DNA of 64,000 nucleotides, taken from contig JBHLOY010000003.1 in NCBI GenBank assembly GCA_048939995.1, positions 256,001-320,000 of the forward strand, given 5' to 3'. Both the position numbers and the translations under genes were made by a program. The notes under the pieces were generated by a model that worked only from the letters and a program-made list of their open reading frames with translations, searched no databases and was not told the DNA's origin. Position 1 is the first letter of the stretch. Every line of letters begins with the position of its first letter. Of this stretch, positions 31,738 to 41,759 are shown one piece after another. This DNA is from Promethearchaeota archaeon. Lineage in GTDB: Archaea; Asgardarchaeota; Lokiarchaeia; Sigyniarchaeales; SOKP01.

Positions 31738-32709
31738 ATGTCTTTTGATGAAGAATGGAATGAAAAAAAAGAAGATGAAAAGGAAGACAAAAGTGAAGAA
31801 GATAAAGATGCAGGAAAAGTTCCTTTTTGGAAATTGCATGATATTCGGGATGAACTTCTATTTGAATTGGATGAGTTGCATGATGATTTAAAGGAAGAGA
31901 TCGAAGATGTTAAACATGATGCAGAGGACATAAAAGAGGATCTAAGAGAGGAACTAGAGGATCTTATGGAGGAACGAGAATCATTACTAGAAGAAGTTGG
32001 GAGTATTAAAGAGGAATTAGGGCAATATGGAGATGCTGCTCGAGAACATGTTGATCATGCAAAAGAGAAACTTATGAAACTCCGCGAAAGAATTGATAAA
32101 CATGAAGCAAAATTTAATGAAAGACTCAAAAAGAAAGTGGAAAAAGCAGCAAAAAAAGCTGCTAGAATTAATATTTCTGTTGATCCTGACGTAAGTGATG
32201 AGTGGAGAGATTGGGCAGAAGGATTAGGTGCTTCAGTATCAGAATTGGTTCGTAAGTCTATGAAGTTTGTAAAAAATAATATTGGAGATCTCCAAAAGCT
32301 GGAAAAACTTGGACCAATTCTTGAAGATGCTTTTGATGGGAGTGGCATAGAAGAACTGGGAGATAAGATTGAAAAAGCCGTAAAGAAATCTGGTATTCAA
32401 GATTTGGGAAAAAAAATTGAGAAATTCAAAACGAAAGATCTTGGTGCAAAAATAAAGATCGATATTTCTGATGACACTGATAAGGAACGAGCGAAGAAAA
32501 GAATTCAAGGATTAATAAAACTAAAGAATTCAATACCTATTGAAAAATTAGCTCAAGTCTTAAGTATTCCCCAAGAAGAGGCAGAAAACATGATCTATGA
32601 ATTAGCTGCAGAGGGCATAGAAGGCACTTTACAGGAAGGAATCTTCCAATTTGAGGGAGATTCGGAGAGAGTAATCGAAGCTCTATTTAAATTGATTGAT
32701 AAATTATAA
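31738..32709 (+). CDS. Coiled-coil + ribbon-helix-helix + C-terminal winged-helix protein
   Basis: Acidic coil; RINISVDPDVSDEWRDWAEGLGASVSELVRKSM (RHH); IPIEKLAQVLSI...AENMIYEL (wH). Confidence 0.75.
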   Translation: MSFDEEWNEKKEDEKEDKSEEDKDAGKVPFWKLHDIRDELLFELDELHDDLKEEIEDVKHDAEDIKEDLREELEDLMEERESLLEEVGSIKEELGQYGDAAREHVDHAKEKLMKLRERIDKHEAKFNERLKKKVEKAAKKAARINISVDPDVSDEWRDWAEGLGASVSELVRKSMKFVKNNIGDLQKLEKLGPILEDAFDGSGIEELGDKIEKAVKKSGIQDLGKKIEKFKTKDLGAKIKIDISDDTDKERAKKRIQGLIKLKNSIPIEKLAQVLSIPQEEAENMIYELAAEGIEGTLQEGIFQFEGDSERVIEALFKLIDKL

Positions 32710-34009
32710 GGGTGTTAAAAGAATGGAAGTAGTACCTACTAAGGAAAGTTTTAAACATTATATGTTTTTTTGGAGTGGTCAATTATTTTCTCTGCTAGGT
32801 TCGATGGTGGTATTTTTTGTATTAACTTTTTGGTTAGCAGATGTATATGGGGACCCTATAATATCTTCTTTTGCTTCATTTCTATATATAATGATGATGA
32901 CTATATGTATGCCTTTTGCTGGTGTAATTGCAGATAGAATTAATCGAAAATGGTTGATTATAATTGCTGATTCATCACAAGCTTTCTTTACGTTTATATT
33001 AATATTTCTATTTCAATTAGGATTAGCAAATTTTTGGATGGTTTATATCTTCATTAGTTTACGAAGTGTTTTTCAAGCATTCCATGTACCAACAGTAAAT
33101 GCAATTATTCCTACGATGGTACCAAAAGATAAATTATCAAGAATAAACGGTGTTAACTTTTTATTTACAGGTGTTGTTCAATTTTTTGCACCATTCATCG
33201 CAGCCACATTATTAGTTCTTTTCGCTTCATCAGTATATCTAATTTTCTGGATAGACATTATTACTTTTTTTATAGCATTAGCACCATTGCTATCAATTAC
33301 TATACCATTAGTTAAAGAAAGCAATCATCGCGAGACCGAGAAAAAATCTTTTAGAAAAGAATTTAAATTAGGGCTTAAAACATTAAAATTTATTCCTGGA
33401 TTAATTATAATGATAGTCCTTTCAATGCTTCTGAACTTCTTAATTAGACCTATTGATTCTCTTCTTGCTTTATTTATCATTGATGTTCATGGGGGTGGAG
33501 CAGGAGAATTAGCAATTGTCCAAATGTGTTTTACAGGAGGTATGATTGCCGGAGCTCTATTAACTTCAGTAAAAAAAAATTGGAATAATAAGATAAGAGT
33601 AATTTTTATTAGTCTTGTTTTTGCATTGCTGGGATATATGACTTTTGGAATAGCTCCCCCAGGTTTATTCCTTATAATAGGTATAGGAGGTGCTGTTTTA
33701 GGTTTCAATCTACCGATAATTAATTCGCTCTATCAAACATTCATTCAAACCACAGTTCCAGCTGATAAACTAGGAAGAGTCACTTCAATTGATCATACCG
33801 TATCTTCAGCAATTTCACCAGCTGGGTCACTACTTTCGGGACCAGTGGCCCTTTTTTTGGGCATTCCAGCTTTATTTTTCTATTGTGGATTAATTGGTGT
33901 CATTTGTACTATTGGATTTTGGACTTTTACAGGCATTAAGAAAGTTGATATGGACAGTAAGGATGCACTTGATGATATTAGTGGTAATATAAATAATATT
34001 TCAATTTAA
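32696..34009 (+). CDS. MFS transporter (MefA-like H+ antiporter); start may be 32723
   Basis: FWSGQLFSLLGS, AGVIADRINRK, 12 TM. Confidence 0.9.
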   Translation: MINYKGVKRMEVVPTKESFKHYMFFWSGQLFSLLGSMVVFFVLTFWLADVYGDPIISSFASFLYIMMMTICMPFAGVIADRINRKWLIIIADSSQAFFTFILIFLFQLGLANFWMVYIFISLRSVFQAFHVPTVNAIIPTMVPKDKLSRINGVNFLFTGVVQFFAPFIAATLLVLFASSVYLIFWIDIITFFIALAPLLSITIPLVKESNHRETEKKSFRKEFKLGLKTLKFIPGLIIMIVLSMLLNFLIRPIDSLLALFIIDVHGGGAGELAIVQMCFTGGMIAGALLTSVKKNWNNKIRVIFISLVFALLGYMTFGIAPPGLFLIIGIGGAVLGFNLPIINSLYQTFIQTTVPADKLGRVTSIDHTVSSAISPAGSLLSGPVALFLGIPALFFYCGLIGVICTIGFWTFTGIKKVDMDSKDALDDISGNINNISI

Positions 34010-34036
34010 TATTCTTTTAGAAAGAGTTGATATGAT

Positions 34037-35140
34037 ATGGTTGAACTAGAGAATGTTTACAGAAGGTTGCAACAACATCTTGATCAAATGCCAATTGGAT
34101 TTCCTAAGGCAAAATCTGGTTCAGATTTGCGTCTTTTAAAAATCTTGTTTACACCCGAAGAAGCTAAAATCGCAAGTTTCTTAAAATTTGGTTGGTATCG
34201 AGATATTGAGGCATTAGATCAGATCTATAGTCGTATAAAGTCTACAGGAATCTCCCTACAAGAGTTAGAAAAATCATTGGAAATTATGGCAACAAAGGGA
34301 ATTATATTATCAAAGAGAGAAGGAAAGAAAAAATATTATGGAAATGCACCTTTAATCGTAGGAATGTACGAGTTTCAAGTTGATAAGCTCTCAAAAGAAT
34401 TTCTGGAAGCTTTAGGAGCTTACTTAGGCGAGATTTGGGGTAAAGAAGCAAATCCCACCAACATTGATCAAATGCGATATATACCTGTTGAAGTAAGTAT
34501 TGAACCTGAACATGGTATTGCTCATTATGAAAATGTGAGACAGATTATTGAGAGCTGCACTGGTCCATTCGTAAAAGTTAATTGTGTTTGTCGCCAAACT
34601 AATGACCTCCTTGGCGAACCATGTAAAATGACCAATCACAGAGATAATTGTCTTGGATTTGGGCCTATGGCACAAATGTATATTGATCAAGGATATGGTA
34701 TTGAAATCAGTAAAGAGGAGACTCTCAAAATTTTAGAACGGAATAGAAAAGAAGGTTTAATATTACGTCCAAACAATTCTCAAAATGTGGAATTTATTTG
34801 TAGCTGTTGTTATTGTTGTGATGGAGCGATCTCGAGTCTTCAAGAAATGACAGAACCGGCCAATTATGTTCTATCTAACTACTATTCAGAAATAGACCCC
34901 ATATTATGTACAGGATGTAGTACTTGTATTGAACGCTGTCAAATTAAAGCAATTACTCTTATTGATAATAAATGTTTAATTGATAAAAAAAGATGTATTG
35001 GGTGCGGGAATTGTATTGGAACTTGTCCTTCAGATGCTATAGCTCTCCATAAAAAGAAAGAACAATTCATCCCACCACCAACTATGGATGATTTATATGA
35101 TTTAATTCAAAAAGAAAAAATGAAAATGAAAAATCAATAA
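34037..35140 (+). CDS. 4Fe-4S dicluster protein with N-terminal wH-like region
   Basis: CVCR, ICSCCYCC, CTGCSTCIERC, CIGCGNCIGTCP. Confidence 0.88.
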   Translation: MVELENVYRRLQQHLDQMPIGFPKAKSGSDLRLLKILFTPEEAKIASFLKFGWYRDIEALDQIYSRIKSTGISLQELEKSLEIMATKGIILSKREGKKKYYGNAPLIVGMYEFQVDKLSKEFLEALGAYLGEIWGKEANPTNIDQMRYIPVEVSIEPEHGIAHYENVRQIIESCTGPFVKVNCVCRQTNDLLGEPCKMTNHRDNCLGFGPMAQMYIDQGYGIEISKEETLKILERNRKEGLILRPNNSQNVEFICSCCYCCDGAISSLQEMTEPANYVLSNYYSEIDPILCTGCSTCIERCQIKAITLIDNKCLIDKKRCIGCGNCIGTCPSDAIALHKKKEQFIPPPTMDDLYDLIQKEKMKMKNQ

Positions 35141-35143
35141 GTT

Positions 35144-35713
35144 TTAACTAGGAGTAAGGAGTAATTTGTCTTGCTCTATTTCTTCCTTATTTTCGTATAA
35201 TCCAAAATAATCCCAAATTTCTAGAGCAAAATCAACAAAAGCATGACCCTTAGCAGTAATTAGATTTGAGTCCTTTACTATTCTGCTCTCAATATAATTA
35301 TCCCTTGGAAAGGGATCAATTTCTTTCTTCTCTTCATAATATTCTGGTAGTAAAGAAGTAGTATACTTTTTATCATTAAGAATACCACTTTTCGCCAGAA
35401 ATTCCGGAGCAGCACATATAGCAGCAATTAGCTTTTTTTCTCCATTAAGTTTTTGAATTAATGACATTAGTTCTGGTTTAAATTCTCTTATGGATCCCCC
35501 TGGTATTAAAAGACCATAGATGTCTTCTCCATCAGAGATTTCTGAAACAGTCTTATCCGGGATTATCTTTAAGCCTCCTGAACTTATTATAGGAGCCTTG
35601 TCATAAGCAATGTATACTAGATTATAGTCTTCCATTTCATTCAAATACGAGCATGTAAAGACAGTTTCGAAATCTACAAATTTTTCATAAATATAACATA
35701 ATACGTTTTTCAT
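35144..35713 (-). CDS. DJ-1/PfpI family protein
   Basis: LIPGG, AAICAAP, NLITAKG. Confidence 0.9.
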   Translation of the reverse strand: MKNVLCYIYEKFVDFETVFTCSYLNEMEDYNLVYIAYDKAPIISSGGLKIIPDKTVSEISDGEDIYGLLIPGGSIREFKPELMSLIQKLNGEKKLIAAICAAPEFLAKSGILNDKKYTTSLLPEYYEEKKEIDPFPRDNYIESRIVKDSNLITAKGHAFVDFALEIWDYFGLYENKEEIEQDKLLLTPS

Positions 35714-35748
35714 TTTTATACCTCATATTATAATATAAAGATTTGATT

Positions 35749-36564
35749 TTAGCCCAAACTCTCCCAAAATTTAGGAGGAGGGTGATTAGTGTTTTTATTT
35801 ACTCGAGTGTCATGATAACAACAATCGCAACAATTATCCCCTTGCATTATTGTTTTTGTTCTTGTTAAAGTAAACTCGGGATTATAGTTTTTTACTTGCA
35901 CAAGATCTTGATAACACATCATAGAGAAGCAAAGCTCTTTATCATATCCCTGTTGAAGCAATTCCTCTGCCCATCTGCATTTGTTAATTTTTAAAATCAT
36001 TTTATCCTTGTCAGTTATCATTATAGTTCCTTTATGGGCTTGCCATTCTTTATTAATCTTCTTAAAATAATCAATTAAATCCTCAAGACTATTATAATAA
36101 TTATCTGGATTACGTAGGCTCTTGATATGTCGAGTAATAAAATCCTTTATAAAATTGATGGCTTCTTCTCTTGAAATGACATTCAATAATGAATTTGCTT
36201 GTAAGTAATCAAAATTGGTATACGTCTTGACAAGATCCCCCACATCGACACTTACCTCTTCATCAATAGGAGAATTCTGATATTTGGGATAATTCAGTAA
36301 GTTTAATATTTTATTGATGCTTTTATTGAGTAGTAGAGGATTTTTCTGATATATTTCATTCTCGCTATCTATAGAAATTCCATAATCTAGATTTATCTCA
36401 CATTGTGAAATTACTTCTTCCATATATTTATTCATTAAATCAGGTAATTCTTTTTGAATGTGATGTAAAAACTCTGCAAATCCAGCTAAATTATTATTTA
36501 TTATTTCTTTTATTTTTAGTCTTCTGGTTGCCTTCTCATTATAGATGTACTCATCTTTTTCCAT
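35749..36564 (-). CDS. L-2-amino-thiazoline-4-carboxylate hydrolase-like (ATC_hydrolase family) protein
   Basis: KCRWAE, MCYQD, LTRTKTIMQGDNCCDCCY. Confidence 0.78.
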   Translation of the reverse strand: MEKDEYIYNEKATRRLKIKEIINNNLAGFAEFLHHIQKELPDLMNKYMEEVISQCEINLDYGISIDSENEIYQKNPLLLNKSINKILNLLNYPKYQNSPIDEEVSVDVGDLVKTYTNFDYLQANSLLNVISREEAINFIKDFITRHIKSLRNPDNYYNSLEDLIDYFKKINKEWQAHKGTIMITDKDKMILKINKCRWAEELLQQGYDKELCFSMMCYQDLVQVKNYNPEFTLTRTKTIMQGDNCCDCCYHDTRVNKNTNHPPPKFWESLG

Positions 36565-36580
36565 ATTCGTGCCCTCTTAA

Positions 36581-37297
36581 TCAGAATTTATAGATTACCT
36601 CAAAGGGTAAATCATTAAAAATATCTTCCGCAAGTTTTTTAAATTCTCCATCTAAGGCTTTATATCCCCTACAAGCATAATTCTTTAGAAGAAATTTAGT
36701 TGGTAGTAACTCCGATACTAATTTTTTCAATCCGAGTAAACTTTTCTGATTATCGTTAATTCCTTCTAAAATTACGCTTACTACGATTAGTTCTCCTTTA
36801 AATGTTTTTCTAAATAACCTCACCCCTTCAATTAAATCTTCTAAATAAATTCCCTCGTGTTGTCTACATATCTCTTGAAATTCATTTGGAATAACACTCA
36901 CGAGTTCAATTAACATTAAATCACACAAAGAACAATCTTCTCTTACTTCCTTGCGAGAAAGGAGGGAACCATTCGTTGAAATTCCAATTTTTATGTTTGG
37001 ATACATTCTTTTTATTAACATTGAAAGCTGTTTAAAAGACGCATAAAGAGTAGGTTCTCCAAATCCCGTCATCCAAACAATATTGGGTTCTCCTTTTAGT
37101 TCAATATATTCTCTAATTTCTCTAAAAATATCTCCAGGAGGATAAAATTCTTTTCTTTCAATGGTTTTATCTGTTGTTGGACCAGTTCCACAATAAATAC
37201 AATTAAAATTACATACTTTGAAAGGGTTAAAATTTATAGATAAAACTTTACCAAATCTACTGTCTTCTTTAAATCCCTTAACAAATTTCCACCCCAT
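36581..37297 (-). CDS. Radical SAM Fe-S protein, module copy 1 (intact motif)
   Basis: SRFGKVL, CNFNCIYC, GFGEPTLY, STNGSLL, GIND. Confidence 0.9.
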   Translation of the reverse strand: MGWKFVKGFKEDSRFGKVLSINFNPFKVCNFNCIYCGTGPTTDKTIERKEFYPPGDIFREIREYIELKGEPNIVWMTGFGEPTLYASFKQLSMLIKRMYPNIKIGISTNGSLLSRKEVREDCSLCDLMLIELVSVIPNEFQEICRQHEGIYLEDLIEGVRLFRKTFKGELIVVSVILEGINDNQKSLLGLKKLVSELLPTKFLLKNYACRGYKALDGEFKKLAEDIFNDLPFEVIYKF

Positions 37298-37321
37298 AAT
37301 CCCTTCACATATACTTTGCTC

Positions 37322-39862
37322 TTAATCTTCATCTGAATTTAATTCAAATTGCTTTATCTTTAATAAATAATTGTTAGCTTTCTTTAACCAATGCTCCTTT
37401 TTCTCCATTTCACATAAACATGAATGGGTGTAATCCTTCCCTTGTTCTAACATTTGGATGGATAGGTCATATTCTTTAAGATGATAGAAACAAATACCCA
37501 TTTTAATGAAAGTTTGATATACAAAAAACCCATAAGGCTCTAGACCTATAGCTGTTTTAAATAACTCGATTGCCTTCTTATAATGTTTAAATATCATTAA
37601 TATTTCTCCATACGAATCATGGTAATTTCCATTGTTTGGCTCTAAACTTACTAATTTTTCAGCTAAATCAATTGATTCTTTCTCACGATCTAGATAAGCT
37701 AAACCATAAACCATACTATTTACTAAATCATTGTCATCATGATATAATTCCATGAGTTTACTTAAAATTTCGTATGATTCCTCATATCTCTTCGGATCAT
37801 TTTCATAATAACCCATCTTAATCAACATATATGCTTTTTTATGCAATATATGCTTACTCTTGTCAGGAAACATAGGTAAAATTTCAGCTATCAATTCTAA
37901 TGCTTCATCAAATCTTTTGCCTAAGTTATACCCAAGTATCTTATTGTAGTAATAATCAATAATTTTAGGTCTTAACTCAATTGCCTCATCAATTGCTTCA
38001 AATGCTTCTTCAAATTGTCTTAACTCAAATAAAATTATTGCTTTTAACTGATAACATCGTGAGATGTTTAATTCACTTGACTCGAGAGAGATTGCCTCCT
38101 CGATTTCTTTGACAAACTTGTCTAATTTAACCTGATTTTTGTCCCATTCGAAAATAGTATTATATCCCAGTACCATTGCTCTATTCAAATGAGAAATAGG
38201 ATGATCGGAGTGAAAACTTATACTATCCTCTGAAATTTTGAATGCTTTCTTAAAATCCCCTATTGATAAATGTGAAAAGCTAAGAATAAATAAAATTACC
38301 GGTATAAGATCATTTCGGCCTAATTCCTCCAATTTATCAAGTTGTTTATCTAAAATTTCAATTGCTTCTTTCAGGTTACTATATAGACATAGAACAATTG
38401 ACTTTAATATGTACAACTCAACTTTTTTTGCATCAGATTTAAGTGCAGAACCAATTAGTTCCAAAGCTTTGTTCACATCTTTATTATCAATACAAGACAA
38501 CACTTCTTTAAATAATGGTTTAATGTCTTTGATATAATATTCTGCTAATGCTTTCAAAACTTCTGGATATAAATAATACCTTACTTCTTTCTGCCCTTTA
38601 AGAGGATGATCCAAATCTTCTGATTCAATAGTTCTGAGCATTAATGGGATATTTTCATAAATAAATCCCTCTAACTTATCAGAAGCATCTACTAACTGTT
38701 TCTCAGTTTCAACTTTATAGGATAAATATTTGATGTATTCTGGTAAAAATTCTTTTAGAGATCCCTTTAAATTTTTATGAAATAAATCATTGCAAATATC
38801 ATCAATAATATCATCAATTAAGGTATACATTGTATAATAAGGATATCCACTTAATTTATTTAGATAAGTAAATTTCGTTACATAATCGTCAACAATAGCT
38901 CGAAGCACCCGCTCAATTTTTTCATCTGACTGAAAATAAAAATGCTTATCACCATCAAATTTCAAACTCCAAAATTTAATCGGATAGATCTCCTTCTCTA
39001 CAATCTGATGAATATGAAATTTCAAGATGATCTCTTCAATATCATATCGTAAAGCAAATTCATCTGGAGAAATATATCTTGGATATGAATCAGGATGATT
39101 TATCGAGAAAAATAGTAATAACTTCTTGAAATCTTCCTCATCATCTAGTGAATTCTGCACTTTAGCATAATCCATCTTTAATACATTATTTAAAAATCGA
39201 AATTTTACATCCTTATCCTCAATACTATACTTTCTAAAGAATTCTCGCGTCTTTTTGGTGATCTCTTCAATCCTTTTACTCTCTTCCTCTAAAATAGATT
39301 GTCGGTCAAGATCATATAATCGTAACATGCGAGAATACTCTATTTTTCCCGCTTCTGTAATCTTATATCGCTTATTATCTTTCTGGACATAACTATTCTC
39401 CATTAATAGATTTAAATTTTTTGAGAGTGATGATTGGTTTATATAAACAGGTGTATTCTCCCTAAGAAAATCACTCCATTTGCAGTAACTATTATTGTAT
39501 AACATCCATAAGATCCAATGATCATAATTCCTCCTTCTTAAAACCGCTTTGGGAGGATAATTCAATCTCCTCTTTGATTTTTTCCGACGCGATAATTCAT
39601 GATACCTCTCTCTACCGGCATTTGTAATTATATAGATACCTCTCTTGATATTCTCTATATATCCTTTACTTTCTAACCGATTCTTGTAATTTGAAAGGGT
39701 TGATTGACTAATACTTACTGGATCTTCAGTAAAATGAGACCATTCACACTCATTATTATTATATAACATCCAAAGTATAATAAGCTCAAAATTTCTCTTA
39801 CCCATAGGAGAATTAGATAAAATTTCTTCAGGAGGCAAGTTTACTTGCTCACTTTTACTCAT
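37322..39862 (-). CDS. Tandem winged-helix + TPR protein, module copy 1 (start probably MSKSEQ at 39862; track gives 39937)
   Basis: Two repeats of ILWMLYNN..C.WS.F...I.QS.LS..L..L..GY...Y.IT.AG; TPR C-terminus (EAFEAIDEAIELRP, GNYHDSYGEIL). Confidence 0.88.
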   Translation of the reverse strand: MSKSEQVNLPPEEILSNSPMGKRNFELIILWMLYNNNECEWSHFTEDPVSISQSTLSNYKNRLESKGYIENIKRGIYIITNAGRERYHELSRRKKSKRRLNYPPKAVLRRRNYDHWILWMLYNNSYCKWSDFLRENTPVYINQSSLSKNLNLLMENSYVQKDNKRYKITEAGKIEYSRMLRLYDLDRQSILEEESKRIEEITKKTREFFRKYSIEDKDVKFRFLNNVLKMDYAKVQNSLDDEEDFKKLLLFFSINHPDSYPRYISPDEFALRYDIEEIILKFHIHQIVEKEIYPIKFWSLKFDGDKHFYFQSDEKIERVLRAIVDDYVTKFTYLNKLSGYPYYTMYTLIDDIIDDICNDLFHKNLKGSLKEFLPEYIKYLSYKVETEKQLVDASDKLEGFIYENIPLMLRTIESEDLDHPLKGQKEVRYYLYPEVLKALAEYYIKDIKPLFKEVLSCIDNKDVNKALELIGSALKSDAKKVELYILKSIVLCLYSNLKEAIEILDKQLDKLEELGRNDLIPVILFILSFSHLSIGDFKKAFKISEDSISFHSDHPISHLNRAMVLGYNTIFEWDKNQVKLDKFVKEIEEAISLESSELNISRCYQLKAIILFELRQFEEAFEAIDEAIELRPKIIDYYYNKILGYNLGKRFDEALELIAEILPMFPDKSKHILHKKAYMLIKMGYYENDPKRYEESYEILSKLMELYHDDNDLVNSMVYGLAYLDREKESIDLAEKLVSLEPNNGNYHDSYGEILMIFKHYKKAIELFKTAIGLEPYGFFVYQTFIKMGICFYHLKEYDLSIQMLEQGKDYTHSCLCEMEKKEHWLKKANNYLLKIKQFELNSDED

Positions 39863-39956
39863 AACAATAACTCTTTTACGGTAATCTATTCCATAATATA
39901 TAATTAGTAAAAGTTCAATATAAGGTTTCTCGTTCACAAGTCGATATGAACATTAT

Positions 39957-39974
39957 TTGAAGTTCGAACTTCAA
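39957..39974. promoter_or_regulatory. Perfect 18-bp palindrome, candidate operator
   Basis: TTGAAGTTCGAACTTCAA in the divergent intergenic region. Confidence 0.65.
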
Positions 39975-40058
39975 CTGAACAACATGAAGATAAACTAAAT
40001 ATGCACTTAGTGATTATAATTTCTTAAGAAAAAAAACTTAAAAAAGGAGTTAAAAAAA

Positions 40059-40319
40059 ATGGTACAAGTATATGAAAAGCATGGAATAGAAGACCTATTA
40101 GAGGTTAAAGCATGTGTAGTAGAGTCGCTCCCTGTAGTAGAGGAATGCACAGAATGCAGAGAAAGTAAAGAGGAGCAGAGCAAATCGCGATCATTTTTCA
40201 ATAGACTTTCAAAAAAGAACGTTAATTCCAAATCAAACGCTAAAATTTTAGAGGAGCAAGTCCATATCGACAAGCTCAAGCGTGGACTTCCTATTTCAGG
40301 GAGATTTTATATGGGCTAA
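40059..40319 (+). CDS. 86-aa protein divergent from wH-TPR copy 1
   Basis: AGGAG RBS; CTEC; ends GLPISGRFYMG. Confidence 0.7.
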   Translation: MVQVYEKHGIEDLLEVKACVVESLPVVEECTECRESKEEQSKSRSFFNRLSKKNVNSKSNAKILEEQVHIDKLKRGLPISGRFYMG

Positions 40320-40361
40320 AAAAGCCGAATATTAAAAAAATTAAAAAATGAGGAGAGAAAA

Positions 40362-40433
40362 ATGAATAAAAATGAAGAATTAAGAGTATCTGATATAATA
40401 GTTATTCAGAATCCAGCATATATAATGTATTAA
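40362..40433 (+). CDS. 23-aa peptide A
   Basis: MNKNEELRVSDIIVIQNPAYIMY; GAGGAG RBS; T-tract after; paralog at 43356. Confidence 0.72.
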   Translation: MNKNEELRVSDIIVIQNPAYIMY

Positions 40434-40503
40434 ATAAATCAATCAATTTTTTTATTTTTAATTAACCATTACGGGTACATTTTTCATTTCCATTATTGAC
40501 ACA

Positions 40504-40563
40504 TAAGGGAGGGGTGTTGGATTGATTTTTTATCACTTTTCCTTTACCTTTTCCCTCCCTTAA
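40504..40563. repeat. Hairpin-forming intergenic element, copy 1
   Basis: taagggaggg...ccctccctta 10-bp arms; homologous to 55234-55294. Confidence 0.75.
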
Positions 40564-40592
40564 CCTTTATCTTTTTAAATTGTATTTTGATT

Positions 40593-41096
40593 TTAAAAGG
40601 CTGAATGGCATTCTTCCACAATAGTACATGTCGGACAGACTTTACGTTTCATATGAATAAGCATTAAAGATAGCGCAGCTATAAATCCAATTAAAAATAT
40701 TAAAGCAAATAAAGAAAAGTTCAGAAAAAACGAAATAATTATTAAAATAATTGGTGAAAAAAACGTTATGAAAAAATTGATGCTCCATTTTTTTGCACAA
40801 GTTACATGCTTCTTTAGATACATTTCTTTCCATTTATCTAAAGGCAAGAGATTCGTGCTAATCATTCCTGTCTCATCATCTGTTGTTGTTTCCTTTACCC
40901 TATAATAACAATATTGACAATGCTTTAATGGCATTGCAAAAAAGTAAAACCCTATATAAAATGTTAAATACACCATAGCAACCCAAAAGTTAAGAAATAT
41001 TATCCCTATAGTACCAAAAGCCAACATAGCAAACCTCAAAACCCATTGAACTACAGGTTTAGTGTAGGGACACTTTAAATTAAATATCATATTCAT
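40593..41096 (-). CDS. Membrane protein with Cys motifs
   Basis: 4 TM; HCQYC and CPTC....CH. Confidence 0.75.
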   Translation of the reverse strand: MNMIFNLKCPYTKPVVQWVLRFAMLAFGTIGIIFLNFWVAMVYLTFYIGFYFFAMPLKHCQYCYYRVKETTTDDETGMISTNLLPLDKWKEMYLKKHVTCAKKWSINFFITFFSPIILIIISFFLNFSLFALIFLIGFIAALSLMLIHMKRKVCPTCTIVEECHSAF

Positions 41097-41235
41097 TCAA
41101 CCTAGATTAAATTAACTATTTACAATTTCTCAATGCTTCATTTCTTTTATATTTGGTTTTTTCTAAGCAGTAATATTATTTTGGGGTAAAAACAGATATA
41201 GTAAGCTTTTAACAAGATTTTTCAATAAAAATTTC

Positions 41236-41263
41236 ATTGAACTTAGACGCTGAATTTACCTTC
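41236..41263 (+). repeat. 28-bp intergenic repeat, copy 1
   Basis: attgaacttagacgctgaatttaccttc. Confidence 0.7.
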
Positions 41264-41278
41264 TATAACAAGTTAAGT

Positions 41279-41737
41279 TCATTCTGATAATTTTTTCTTT
41301 TTAATTTTTCTAATATAGATAATCAAATAGCCCGCAGGAATTGAAAGACTAAAGCCCCATAATGGAGATCTAAATATAAATAGAATACTCCCTATTGAAT
41401 AAAGAAAACGAATGATGAATTTTAATGCTCGATTTCTCAATGGTTTTTTTTTTAGAATTTGAATCAAATATTGAAAAATTGAGGGGATCCAGCACAGGAA
41501 GAAAACTAGGATAATTATTGGCAGGCTAATGAAATTTACTATGAAATAATAGAATATGTTCCCAATTATTAATGCAATAGTCGCACCCAGCAAAAAAGCA
41601 AAACATCCTATACAAACAGTATAGTTAAATATATAAAATATATGATCATTAAAATCATCCCGTTCTGGATCATGATGTGCTAACCAAGTGAGTATTATTC
41701 TTTTATCCTTTTGAAATTCTTCTTTTTGGTTTTGCAT
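41279..41737 (-). CDS. Membrane protein (DUF2085-like)
   Basis: AHH...VCIGC followed by TM helices. Confidence 0.65.
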   Translation of the reverse strand: MQNQKEEFQKDKRIILTWLAHHDPERDDFNDHIFYIFNYTVCIGCFAFLLGATIALIIGNIFYYFIVNFISLPIIILVFFLCWIPSIFQYLIQILKKKPLRNRALKFIIRFLYSIGSILFIFRSPLWGFSLSIPAGYLIIYIRKIKKKKLSE

Positions 41738-41759
41738 CCTTCTACTCCATTATTTAAGA

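Noticed and set aside
39957-39974. Eukaryote-type heat-shock element
   Set aside because: HSE needs GAAnnTTC spacing; here it is GAAnTTC.
40410-40421. NPAY as a eukaryotic NPxY endocytic/PTB motif
   Set aside because: The peptides are not receptor tails and no PTB or FERM partner is visible; the match alone is too short.
40455-40540. Minus-strand GTG micro-ORF through the hairpin (MIKNQSNTPPLC...)
   Set aside because: Neither the start nor the frame is kept in the 55.2 kb copy.
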